Below the pieces are notes generated by a model. That model was given only the letters and a program-made list of their open reading frames with translations. It searched no databases and was not told the DNA's origin. The position numbers and the translations under genes were made by a program. From a virus, in IMG/VR virus record IMGVR_UViG_3300012923_000001, positions 6,389-70,388 of that record: a stretch of DNA of 64,000 nucleotides; one strand, 5' to 3'. Below, one piece after another: positions 21,142 to 29,601 of the stretch (positions within the stretch are counted from its first letter, which is position 1; each line of letters starts with the position of its first letter).

Positions 21142-22554
21142 ATGAAACAAATATTCTTATCCCTCCTTTTCCTCTTTGCCTTTACTGTCTGCGTACAGGG
21201 ACAGGCTGGTGGAAGCGCACTATCCAGAAAAGATGTAGTGTCCAACTCCGCCGATCCGTCTACGTGTATAATTGGCAAGCTTTACATCAACACTACTAGT
21301 CCCGGTAAGGTTTGGGCAAGGATCGCAGGTGGCTGTGTCAGGATAGATGGTATTGGAGATTCATATGCCCCAGCTACCGCGACCTACATTGTTCAGACTC
21401 CTGATGCCACATTAACCGCAGAGCAAGCCCTGAGCGTCTTAGCCTCTGGTCTGCTCAAGAACCATACAGGAGACGGCGTACTGAGCATTGCAACGTCGGG
21501 AACGGATTATGTAGCACCAGGCGCAGTCCCGATTAGCGCTTCTCTCTTCTGCTCTGACGCTGGCTCAACCGATGCCTATGCTTGTAGTCTCTCTCCGACC
21601 CCAACTCTCGTTACGGGCACTCACTATCGGTTCAAAGCGAACACTGCGAATACCGGGGCCGCAACGATCAACTTCAACTCTCTTGGTGCGGTGACAATTA
21701 AAAAGGTCGCGGGAGGGATAACTACCGATCTAGCAGATAATGATATTCGATCTGGACAATGGGTAGATCTGATCTATGACGGCGCGAATATGCAGATGCA
21801 GAGTACGTTGGGAAATGCAGCGGGTGGAGGCGGCTTGCCGACTGGCCTTTCTTATGTCTCGCCGGACTTCAAAGCCGGAACCAATGTCACGAATCAAGCG
21901 GTACTGTCGGCGGGATCAGGCCCGGGAGATCCAATAATACTAGGAGCCGCGGGAAGTGCAGATGTTGCCATCTCCTTCGCTTCAAGGGGCGACCCCTCTT
22001 ATGCTTATCAGTTTAACCCTGGCACTAGTCCAGCAAACTTGAGATTTGATCCTTTTATGCTGGGCACCCGAAACGTAGGCGTTGGAAACGTACCGGGACT
22101 TACGATGGGGCGTACTCAAGGCATTGGATGGAGCAGTGGTTCATCATGGACCTCTTCTGCATCGGAAACGGTAATATCCAGTCTGGCAACTAATACGCTC
22201 GGGATCGGTAATGCCATAGGAGATTTCAGCGGTACAGTTAAGACCACGACCGGTATATTTGTCGGCCCTGTTACCGTAGGAAATGGTACGCCAATTCTCA
22301 AGCATCTCTCCGCAACCGCGACGTTGGATTTTGGGAGTCTCGTAGCTATTGGCTGTGAGGATTTAACTGTAACCGTGACTGGTGCGACCGATGGTGATAC
22401 CGTAGCGTTAGGCGTGCCAAACGGATCGGTCGTGGCTAACGGAACTTATACAGCTTGGATTTCAGCAGCGGACACGGCGACGGTACGATTTTGCACCCTA
22501 GCCACTGGCAACCCCGCAAGCGGAACTTTTCGAGTAGACGTTTGGAAACATTGA
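21142..22554 (+). CDS. Tail-fibre-like protein with signal peptide
   Basis: MKQIFLSLLFLFAFTVCVQG; fibre motifs ATSGTDYVAP and FKANTANTGAATINFNSLGAVTIKK; terminal ATATLDFGS...TVTVTGA..GD domain. Confidence 0.75.
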   Translation: MKQIFLSLLFLFAFTVCVQGQAGGSALSRKDVVSNSADPSTCIIGKLYINTTSPGKVWARIAGGCVRIDGIGDSYAPATATYIVQTPDATLTAEQALSVLASGLLKNHTGDGVLSIATSGTDYVAPGAVPISASLFCSDAGSTDAYACSLSPTPTLVTGTHYRFKANTANTGAATINFNSLGAVTIKKVAGGITTDLADNDIRSGQWVDLIYDGANMQMQSTLGNAAGGGGLPTGLSYVSPDFKAGTNVTNQAVLSAGSGPGDPIILGAAGSADVAISFASRGDPSYAYQFNPGTSPANLRFDPFMLGTRNVGVGNVPGLTMGRTQGIGWSSGSSWTSSASETVISSLATNTLGIGNAIGDFSGTVKTTTGIFVGPVTVGNGTPILKHLSATATLDFGSLVAIGCEDLTVTVTGATDGDTVALGVPNGSVVANGTYTAWISAADTATVRFCTLATGNPASGTFRVDVWKH

Positions 22555-22605
22555 GACAGTGGGATGACCTCCAAACACTAAGCCACAAAACACGGGAGAA
22601 CGATC

Positions 22606-22905
22606 ATGGCAATTGAATTCAGTCAGGACTTAGACAATTTGACCTACAGAGCCATCATCACGGATGAGCACGGTAACGAGACAACGGAGGGCGTGGAGAT
22701 TCCATACTGGCAATCTTCCAACCCTAACTTGATGTCAGTCATTTCCAACGGGCTTGAGGTCACATTAGGACACGCGGTACGTACAGGCACCGGCACTTGC
22801 CAGCTTTCATTCCACTGCCAACTGAACGGAACTGTCGTTAACCATACCGCAGACGTGAATGTGACGGCGGGTAGTGGAATTAGTGTTGAGTTTCAGCCGG
22901 TTTAG
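22606..22905 (+). CDS. Stand-alone Ig-like (Big_2-type) protein
   Basis: WQSSNPNLMSV...GTGTCQLS...VNVT. Confidence 0.6.
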   Translation: MAIEFSQDLDNLTYRAIITDEHGNETTEGVEIPYWQSSNPNLMSVISNGLEVTLGHAVRTGTGTCQLSFHCQLNGTVVNHTADVNVTAGSGISVEFQPV

Positions 22906-22915
22906 GTACTCAGCA

Positions 22916-23057
22916 TTGACAACCAACCCCGATGGGGAGTAGGCTCTCTGGCGTGAGATGGCTCGGCTAACCACGGGTTTCATCTCCGTGAAAACTGAGA
23001 CTTCTTACGCAAGAGGGTGGCGGATCGGCGGTTAGGCTGATTCGGCGCTCTCTTTGC
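22916..23057 (+). promoter_or_regulatory. Promoter plus two-hairpin leader with complementary loops
   Basis: TTGACA-18-TAGGCT; loops CTAACC (22967-72) and GGTTAG (23030-35). Confidence 0.6.
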
Positions 23058-23075
23058 TTTAGGGAGAGACATTAA

Positions 23076-23507
23076 ATGCAGAAAGCTTACACCAATTATG
23101 AATGCGCAAGTGGAAACGCGGGCCTCGGTCATAGCGGTTGTTACACGGGAGCGCATCCCGGTGAGGATATGACTTGCATCTGCGGACAGCCGCTGATTGA
23201 AGAAGTAAAGGACGGCAATCGCTACAAAGTCACGTTTGAAACCATCAGTCCACATGTTGCTGCCGAGATGGAAACGCGACACGGGCGCGGTGTGTGGCCT
23301 ACCTTGAGTGATGACGAATGGAATGCACTTGAATGGCATCCAGTAACTAGCGATCAAGGAAGCGTTAACGTGCTCCGCGATCAATACCATAGACTATTTC
23401 AGCATTCGCAAGACCACGAGCAGCCGATCCGCAACGCGAAGATGTTTCAATCTTCGGCTGGTGACTGGCAACCGTTACCCGCTCCGCAGGAAGGGAGCGC
23501 ACAATGA
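23076..23507 (+). CDS. Hypothetical protein
   Basis: AGGGAG SD; C/H cluster at the N-terminus. Confidence 0.65.
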   Translation: MQKAYTNYECASGNAGLGHSGCYTGAHPGEDMTCICGQPLIEEVKDGNRYKVTFETISPHVAAEMETRHGRGVWPTLSDDEWNALEWHPVTSDQGSVNVLRDQYHRLFQHSQDHEQPIRNAKMFQSSAGDWQPLPAPQEGSAQ

Positions 23508-23836
23508 AATCTCTACTACTCATTCTCGCTCTCGCCCTCACCACAACCGCCCAAACCTTCCCCCGCTGGCCTGATAATCAAACAGTGAAAGTGTTCCCAA
23601 TGTCATTTAACATGCTTCCACGAATCTCGATTTACGATATGATGAACATTAGTACGGCTAGTCTTAAACTTTTGGGCAATGATGGTTGGGCGGACGCCTT
23701 TAGCCGAAAGGGCACGGATAGCTCTTACTTCATTCTCGGTCAGCTTAGACATAGTAACAGCCTCACCTCGCAGGCTCACTTTGCGGCCTTTGGCGATCAT
23801 GTCATCCATATTGTCTTGCTGAGTGCCCAGAAATAA
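23504..23836 (+). pseudogene. Original 5' end (signal peptide) of the metalloprotease gene, interrupted by HNH cassette 2
   Basis: MKSLLLILALALTTTAQTFPRWPDNQTVKVF recurs as AQTFPHWPLNTEVKIY at 24332-24379. Confidence 0.6.
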
Positions 23837-24190
23837 ATGTTCAGGATTCACGCAGGCCATTACGTCACAGCGATGCAATACCAGCAACCCTTCAGGGATT
23901 TGACCGCAGTACAATTGCCACGCAGCGCGATGTGCGCTCATGGGTTGGCCGTCGTTGTTATAAATCTGCTTATAGCGATGTCTAATCTTTTGATTTCCAA
24001 ATATTTGGCAACCACGAGAATCAGGCTGTCCAGTGTTTTCCGTAAAGCGGACAGCGAGAGGGCGCCTTTGGCCGTCAAATCCACATTGCCGGGAACAGTA
24101 CTTTGCCTTTCCCCGGTTAACCTCGCCCGTTCTGGCCATAAAAGGCTTGCTGCACTGTCCGCAAATGCGTGGTATGCTCCGTTTGATCAT
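23603..24190 (-). CDS. HNH homing endonuclease with zinc finger and HTH (cassette 2)
   Basis: CGQCSKPF...KYCSRQC; AHRAAW...VLHRCDVMACVNPEHLFLGTQQDNMDDM; SKLTENEVRAIR; AAGGAG SD; TGATAAAAT at 24277-24269. Confidence 0.9.
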   Translation of the reverse strand: MIKRSIPRICGQCSKPFMARTGEVNRGKAKYCSRQCGFDGQRRPLAVRFTENTGQPDSRGCQIFGNQKIRHRYKQIYNNDGQPMSAHRAAWQLYCGQIPEGLLVLHRCDVMACVNPEHLFLGTQQDNMDDMIAKGRKVSLRGEAVTMSKLTENEVRAIRALSAKGVRPTIIAQKFKTSRTNVHHIVNRDSWKHVK

Positions 24191-25738
24191 GAATTGAATC
24201 TCCTTAACTCGGTCTTCAGTTTGTGGTCGAGAGCTTCGTTGCTGCCAAAACAGCTTCGAGGCTCGCTTATTTTATCACAGTTAATTTTCGGGTTGGTTAT
24301 ATTGTTGACGGGTAGCCAGCCTCTAATATCCGCACAAACTTTTCCTCATTGGCCATTAAATACAGAGGTGAAAATATATTTTCTTACTAACGCCTTCACC
24401 GACAAGGAGCAATCGAGAATCAACGCAGCCGTGGGGTCATGGCGACCTTTTCTACCCGCTGGTATTACGCTGACAATCGCTGGTGAGACTTCTCAAACCC
24501 AAGAGCGCCAGGGATGCGTCACCCTTAATCGTGAAGCGGTCGCAAAGGCGCGATGGGCTGAATGCGAGTCGCACACGAATGACAATGGACTGACCAAGTA
24601 TGCGATTATCCGCATCGATCCCCGTGCGGGATCGGGAGATAAGTTTCAGCGTCGGGTTGAGCATGAAATTGGACATGCCCTTGGTTTGGATCACCGGCTT
24701 GATTCCATTATGACTGAGCGGCCACATGGGAAGCCGGGGGAAGGGGATGCGGCGATACTGAGGATGATTTACGCGCCGAACGCGGTAACGAATCAAACGA
24801 GGGAGAAGAAAGATGAGCATGGGACAAGAAAGGAATCACAAGTTAAACGTGCTGGCCTTTTGGGTCTGGTCGATAGCAATGATCTTACTCGGAGTGCTGA
24901 TTCATCGGTTGATGTAAGTGCAACTGGAAAACTTGAAGCGATGATTTATATGTCGAAAGGAGAATCGAATGGACTGGGCGATATTTCTAATGCTGCCATT
25001 GATCGGATTAATAGTGGGCCTGATCGAAGATCGAAACAGCCGTTGGTAGGTATGAAAGGAGAATCTAATGTTAGTAAAGCTACTCGTACTGATGATCGGG
25101 ATTTGGTTTTGTCTAGTTTGCACAAAGGACTTGAGTCGCCGCTGGTGGATATCAGCACAATCGAAAAGATTGAAACCGCCAACACCGAAGCCCTGAAAAC
25201 ACATCAATGGACACTCACCGTCTCAATCCAAACACTTGATGAGGATGGCAAGCCAAACGGTGACTACAGCCGCATCTCTCGCGTCGTACTTGACGATCAG
25301 GGCCATCGCTTTGAAACGGTACTGAGCAAACATTCGCATCTCAAGGGAATGCGGATAACCAAGGCCGATGAATTTGACTTCTTGGGGCCACAGATGGGCC
25401 TGATTGATTTCACAAACTCCCAATTCACTCAGGGCAGCAACGGCGCGATCCACGTTGAACCTATCTCACTTGATAAGCGGGGATTCTCAGGGGATATCTG
25501 GGTAGGTGAAAAAGGGATCGAGAAGTTCATCGGTACGACACTACCAGAAGGCTCCGAACGCTTTCCGATGTTCACTGCTACGCGGAAGGAAGTTGAAGGA
25601 CATTTATTTCCATCGGAAATGTCGAGTGAAGGTGTGTTACAGTTCAAGAGTGGGGCCGTGCGGTATCAGTGGAAGGTGACTGTATCAGAGTATCAGAAGT
25701 TTGGGAGTCAGGTGACGGTGAGGGAGGTTGAGCAATGA
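23837..25738 (+). CDS. Matrixin-like (M10) zinc metalloprotease fused to a LolA-like beta domain; true start uncertain
   Basis: HEIGHALGLDH followed by the Met-turn SIM; folded part begins near 24332; the first ~120 aa lie antisense to the HNH gene. Confidence 0.7.
   Translation: MFRIHAGHYVTAMQYQQPFRDLTAVQLPRSAMCAHGLAVVVINLLIAMSNLLISKYLATTRIRLSSVFRKADSERAPLAVKSTLPGTVLCLSPVNLARSGHKRLAALSANAWYAPFDHELNLLNSVFSLWSRASLLPKQLRGSLILSQLIFGLVILLTGSQPLISAQTFPHWPLNTEVKIYFLTNAFTDKEQSRINAAVGSWRPFLPAGITLTIAGETSQTQERQGCVTLNREAVAKARWAECESHTNDNGLTKYAIIRIDPRAGSGDKFQRRVEHEIGHALGLDHRLDSIMTERPHGKPGEGDAAILRMIYAPNAVTNQTREKKDEHGTRKESQVKRAGLLGLVDSNDLTRSADSSVDVSATGKLEAMIYMSKGESNGLGDISNAAIDRINSGPDRRSKQPLVGMKGESNVSKATRTDDRDLVLSSLHKGLESPLVDISTIEKIETANTEALKTHQWTLTVSIQTLDEDGKPNGDYSRISRVVLDDQGHRFETVLSKHSHLKGMRITKADEFDFLGPQMGLIDFTNSQFTQGSNGAIHVEPISLDKRGFSGDIWVGEKGIEKFIGTTLPEGSERFPMFTATRKEVEGHLFPSEMSSEGVLQFKSGAVRYQWKVTVSEYQKFGSQVTVREVEQ
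24813..24917 (+). CDS. Nested 34-aa single-TM microprotein (+1 frame)
   Basis: GAGGGAG SD; MSMGQERNHKLNVLAFWVWSIAMILLGVLIHRLM. Confidence 0.45.
   Translation: MSMGQERNHKLNVLAFWVWSIAMILLGVLIHRLM
24969..25049 (+). CDS. Nested 26-aa single-TM microprotein (+1 frame)
   Basis: AAAGGAG SD; MDWAIFLMLPLIGLIVGLIEDRNSRW. Confidence 0.5.
   Translation: MDWAIFLMLPLIGLIVGLIEDRNSRW
25068..25196 (+). CDS. Nested 42-aa TM/signal-like microprotein (+1 frame)
   Basis: AAAGGAG SD; MLVKLLVLMIGIWFCLVCTKD... Confidence 0.5.
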   Translation: MLVKLLVLMIGIWFCLVCTKDLSRRWWISAQSKRLKPPTPKP

Positions 25739-25842
25739 AAGACAGTGGCTACACTGGGGGATGTGCTCCCCTCAACGCACTATTGCTTGTGATATTTCTG
25801 CTAGTGATACTTGGCGCGTATTTCTTTTTTAAGTCGTTTTGA
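25735..25842 (+). CDS. 35-aa single-TM microprotein
   Basis: GGAGG SD and ATGA overlap; LLLVIFLLVILGAYFFF. Confidence 0.55.
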   Translation: MKDSGYTGGCAPLNALLLVIFLLVILGAYFFFKSF

Positions 25843-25858
25843 GCAGGGAGGTTGAGCG

Positions 25859-26257
25859 GTGAAAGTTTTCTTAGGTGGAACATGCAATGGTTCGGCATGG
25901 CGCGACGAGTTAATTCCGATGTTGACTTTTGACTACTTTAACCCAGTAGTTGAGGACTGGACTCCTGAATGCCAAGCGCAAGAAATCCACGAGCGGGAGA
26001 CGGCAGATTTCGTTCTCTATGCTATCACTCCAAAGATGACAGGCGTATATGCGATTGCCGAAGCTGTTGATGATAGCAATAAACGACCTGACAAGACAAT
26101 TCTCTGCGTGTTAAGCGAGGATGGCCCTGATTCCTTCACTCCCGCCCAAAAGAAATCTCTTGATGCTATAGCAAGCATGGTTCTGAAAAATGGCGGCTAT
26201 GCCACAAGCACGTTGAAAGATGTAGCACGACACTTAAACGCGAGGACTATCGAATGA
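25859..26257 (+). CDS. Nucleoside 2-deoxyribosyltransferase-like protein
   Basis: KVFLGGTCNGSAWR...YFNPVVEDW...GVYAIAEAVDDSNKRPDKT. Confidence 0.8.
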   Translation: MKVFLGGTCNGSAWRDELIPMLTFDYFNPVVEDWTPECQAQEIHERETADFVLYAITPKMTGVYAIAEAVDDSNKRPDKTILCVLSEDGPDSFTPAQKKSLDAIASMVLKNGGYATSTLKDVARHLNARTIE

Positions 26258-26358
26258 CCCGCAACACCAAAAGAATTCTTGTATTCACTGTCTGCTTGGC
26301 TCCGACCCACCAAGCAATCAGCCATTGATGATGGCGGACAGTAATTAAAAGTGCGTGA

Positions 26359-26796
26359 ATGCCGTTCCGATTGATTTCTCTTTCCTCTCTTTCACCGGTG
26401 GCCGCTGTTGTTGTCGCGGCAACATTAGCAATCGTCGTAAAGATATTGGCGATCTTTCAAGGCAACGGAAGTAGTACGGCGTATTTAATTGCCGCCATTA
26501 CTGCATTGGTTGCAGTCATCGGAGCACTTGCACGGTACGTTCAAAAACAAACCTCTACTAACCAAGAATTCTTTTCAAAGCAATTGGAGCAAAGCAGTGA
26601 AAATCTAAAGTCGGAACGGACATCTCGAACGGAAGAAACCAAAGCTTTCATAGGCCAACTAGATTCGCTAGCAAGGCAAACGCGTGAGGCCCACGAAAGG
26701 GAAATGAATCAAGTGCTCACCCGACTCGAACAAAGTGATAAGATAGCTACTCGTCAGACCGAGATTCTTTCAGAGTTACCACGGAGGAAAAGGTGA
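26359..26796 (+). CDS. Two-TM protein with coiled coil (holin-like)
   Basis: Two hydrophobic helices followed by a charged coiled coil. Confidence 0.5.
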   Translation: MPFRLISLSSLSPVAAVVVAATLAIVVKILAIFQGNGSSTAYLIAAITALVAVIGALARYVQKQTSTNQEFFSKQLEQSSENLKSERTSRTEETKAFIGQLDSLARQTREAHEREMNQVLTRLEQSDKIATRQTEILSELPRRKR

Positions 26797-27089
26797 ATCT
26801 TGTAGATCTTCTTTGGATTGGCTCAATTGGCGCGGCCTCCATAATCCTATTGATTGTCGCTATCGTTTTTTTCGCACAGGAAGGCCGAGCACGGCTTCAC
26901 CTGGCGCGCCTTCTATTTGCCCTAACACTACTCGCCGCCACTTCGCTTTTTACTGCTATTGAATCAGGAACCGCGATCCTCTTCTGGTTTAAACTGCCGC
27001 GAGCTATCGCTTGGTTAATTGTTGCCATTGCAGGGGCATTCCTTCTGCTATTTCAGCTTGGCATTGTGAACGGACAAAAGGCGAAATAG
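26793..27089 (+). CDS. Three-TM membrane protein (holin-like)
   Basis: 98 aa with three hydrophobic segments. Confidence 0.55.
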   Translation: MNLVDLLWIGSIGAASIILLIVAIVFFAQEGRARLHLARLLFALTLLAATSLFTAIESGTAILFWFKLPRAIAWLIVAIAGAFLLLFQLGIVNGQKAK

Positions 27090-27158
27090 CAGAACTATAT
27101 CATTGTACCGTCCCGTGAATTTTTGTTTACTTCTATAGGATACGCGGTACAATGAGCC

Positions 27159-27467
27159 GTGGGACTAATCATTCAACTGGCAACGCTGGCCGTGGCCCTT
27201 GCGACACTGGGAACGGTTATCAAGTACGGCGTTGCTTCATCACGAAAGGAAACAAAGACAATGGCGAATATTTCAGATCTGCAAACCGAAGTAACGGCAC
27301 TAACTACGGTCGAATCAAGTGCCGTCGCGCTAATCAACGGGCTCGCTCAGCAACTCAAAGACGCGAAGAATGATCCAGTGGCTATCCAGGGCGTGATTGA
27401 CAGTTTGGAAGCTGGTAAGACTCAATTGGCTAGTGCTGTAGCAGCTAACACGCCAGCAGCAGCCTAA
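27159..27467 (+). CDS. TM-anchored coiled-coil protein
   Basis: TACAAT -10 box 5 nt before the GTG; ISDLQTEVTALTTVESSAVALINGL motif; alternative ATG near 27261. Confidence 0.6.
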   Translation: MGLIIQLATLAVALATLGTVIKYGVASSRKETKTMANISDLQTEVTALTTVESSAVALINGLAQQLKDAKNDPVAIQGVIDSLEAGKTQLASAVAANTPAAA

Positions 27468-27568
27468 CCCATGAACTGCCCAACCTTACCCTGTTACCAG
27501 CATGAAACTTCCTATCGACGGAAGCTATCGAGTACTTGAAGCGCCGCGCTTGCGGTAAGAGGAGCCAA

Positions 27569-27790
27569 ATGCACTATAAAAACGGCAGAGAAGCCAAAGA
27601 GGGCGACAAGGTTATTTCACCTTATGGAATGGGAATACTTCACAGCGTCAGCGCACAGTCAGACACGTGCAATGGGCGGGTCGCCGTGATATCGCAGAAC
27701 GATCCATACGTGACGCTGAAAGAATGCTTGCACTTTGATGATGTGATGGCAGCAGATATACCAGACGCCAGCACCCTAACCGTCACGTAA
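27569..27790 (+). CDS. Conserved-type small phage protein (MHYKNGREAK motif)
   Basis: GAGGAG SD; MHYKNGREAKEGDKV...CNG...TLKECLHFDD. Confidence 0.7.
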   Translation: MHYKNGREAKEGDKVISPYGMGILHSVSAQSDTCNGRVAVISQNDPYVTLKECLHFDDVMAADIPDASTLTVT

Positions 27791-27832
27791 ACTTAACCTG
27801 AGCGCAACCTAAGTTCCCCTGTCAGAGACAAA

Positions 27833-28228
27833 ATGGGGTCTATGCAGACAGCAACAAATGTCAGACACATCCGCACCCCTGAGACAATCAGCGCCGATGA
27901 TGGGATGCAAGGCTTTCTGCACCGATGGTTCATGCCAAAACAGGAGACGCAGATGGTAGCAACCCAAGCCAAAGGCGTCTTTCTGCCTTATCCTCTGCTT
28001 GCGATCTTGATGTCGATTGCTATGTTACTTTTGGGCGGCGTCATCACATTAGAAGTCCAAGTCAATAACCTCAGCGTGACAATGCTACTACGTGATGCAG
28101 ATTCGCGAGCGATAGCTCATGACATGCAAGAAAAGATGGGACAGCTCGAGGTTTACATTCACGATGACAGGGAAAAGTTGATTCGGCTACAAACTCAGGC
28201 CGAACAGGATAAAGGGAAACGGAGATAA
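27833..28228 (+). CDS. TM plus coiled-coil protein (lysis-accessory-like)
   Basis: Central hydrophobic helix followed by a coiled coil. Confidence 0.55.
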   Translation: MGSMQTATNVRHIRTPETISADDGMQGFLHRWFMPKQETQMVATQAKGVFLPYPLLAILMSIAMLLLGGVITLEVQVNNLSVTMLLRDADSRAIAHDMQEKMGQLEVYIHDDREKLIRLQTQAEQDKGKRR

Positions 28229-28232
28229 TTCC

Positions 28233-28484
28233 ATGGGAGATCCCCCGCCTTTGTGCGACCTTGCTTGTACCACGAAAATTATTATCGACGGCGATCTTGC
28301 TGGCTCCATTTTCACTTCTACGTGCGAAGGAATTGACAAGTTTCTCGCGGCGGGAGGTAAATTCAAGAACGGTCAGCGTGTTCTTGAACAGCTTATTAAA
28401 GCTGAGGATGAAGCTTTCAAGTTTCAACGAACAGCGCTTGAAGAGATGGGATTCAATGGGCCATGGCCGAAGTGTCTGAGCTGA
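28233..28484 (+). CDS. Hypothetical protein; 3' end overlapped by HNH cassette 3
   Basis: GGAG SD; ends inside the HNH 3' end. Confidence 0.5.
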   Translation: MGDPPPLCDLACTTKIIIDGDLAGSIFTSTCEGIDKFLAAGGKFKNGQRVLEQLIKAEDEAFKFQRTALEEMGFNGPWPKCLS

Positions 28485-28935
28485 ACGGCGTCGTCATTGC
28501 TCGCTCTACTGACCATCCCCGACGGAACCGCGTATTCAATGAATGCGGACTAGCCCCAAGCTCTAACGCCCAGTCCGTTGCTGTTTGTGTACGATTATTC
28601 CATTCTACCAGTCGGTTCCGCCGCGTATTTCTTGTCTGCTCCCTGTCTGTAGCCCAGTAGCAATTCTTAGGTGAGTAACCCTTTTCATTATCACGGCGCT
28701 CCAAAGAATGCTTGGCGGTTGGACGATCTCCCATATCGGCATAGAAGGCGCGGAAGTCTAGCCATTCATCACAAACCCCAATGCCGCGCCCGCCCCATTC
28801 TGAATAAGCCGGGCAATTCGTGTTAGTAGTTCGCTGAATCATGTGCGCCCATGCGGTATATTCAGGCGTGGCAATGCCGCCGTGTTTCGTATGGCCATGC
28901 TTACATTTTCTTGTGGTAGGATAGTTATTGGACAT
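28453..28935 (-). CDS. HNH endonuclease (cassette 3)
   Basis: Y.AW..M..R...WGGRGIGVCDEW.DF..FYADMG.RP...SLERRDNEKGYSPKNCYWAT..EQ.RN; GGAGG SD inside a hairpin. Confidence 0.9.
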   Translation of the reverse strand: MSNNYPTTRKCKHGHTKHGGIATPEYTAWAHMIQRTTNTNCPAYSEWGGRGIGVCDEWLDFRAFYADMGDRPTAKHSLERRDNEKGYSPKNCYWATDREQTRNTRRNRLVEWNNRTQTATDWALELGASPHSLNTRFRRGWSVERAMTTPFSSDTSAMAH

Positions 28936-29060
28936 CTGAACCTCCGAAACAGGTTTGGAGTTGAGTCGTCAGGGCCGGTTCGTTACACCGGCCCAACTGG
29001 AAAGATGCTACAATAACCTCGCTTTACCAAACACAAAAGCTAAAGGAGACCTAACCAAAC

Positions 29061-29441
29061 ATGGGAGACCCTAACACAGGTGATATTTATCAGGACGCAA
29101 TTCGCAAAGCTACCGACGTGGGCCTAAGCCACGAAACCGCCAACGAACTCAAGCAACAATCAATCGAGGAACGAATGAAGCAACTTCAGGAAATGGCTTC
29201 AGCGCGAGACGCTTCAAAGCCCGATCTTCGGACACTCGCGGGCGCTGTTTATTTCCTCGACTATCATGCGCCGAATGGTGACACTCTGCCGCGTCATAGC
29301 GCGGTCAACAAGGCATTTCAGGAATTAATCAATCAAATCTGGAACGTACTGCCGGATGGGCCGGGAAAGACGGTCACAATACGCGCTATTGGCCGCGCCC
29401 GAATGGAATGCAATTCCTGCATTGCCAACGGCGGACAATAG
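29061..29441 (+). CDS. Protein with C-terminal Acb2/Tad1-like helical hairpin
   Basis: DYHAP...I...LPDGPGKTVTIRAIGRARMECNSCIA resembles the YH.P...CP.SRE.SLA.T.LEEA.MWAN..IA pattern, but is divergent. Confidence 0.5.
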   Translation: MGDPNTGDIYQDAIRKATDVGLSHETANELKQQSIEERMKQLQEMASARDASKPDLRTLAGAVYFLDYHAPNGDTLPRHSAVNKAFQELINQIWNVLPDGPGKTVTIRAIGRARMECNSCIANGGQ

Positions 29442-29553
29442 AACTACAATAACCCTGCGAGCCAAAGGCCCAAAAGGCAAAGATGTAATGGGCCTCTAAA
29501 AGCCTTAGTTGCCGATGGGGTATAAAGTCCAGCTCTTTGGTTTCGCTTCACTT

Positions 29554-29584
29554 AAGAAGAGGTCGGCTACGGCTGGCCTCTTCT
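29554..29584. terminator. Intrinsic terminator-like hairpin
   Basis: AGAAGAGGTCGGC TACG GCTGGCCTCTTCT. Confidence 0.6.
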
Positions 29585-29601
29585 GTGTTATATTCCCTAA
29601 C

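Noticed and set aside
23549-24379. Diverged repeat pair as a DGR TR/VR
   Set aside because: Differences are not adenine-specific and no reverse transcriptase is present.
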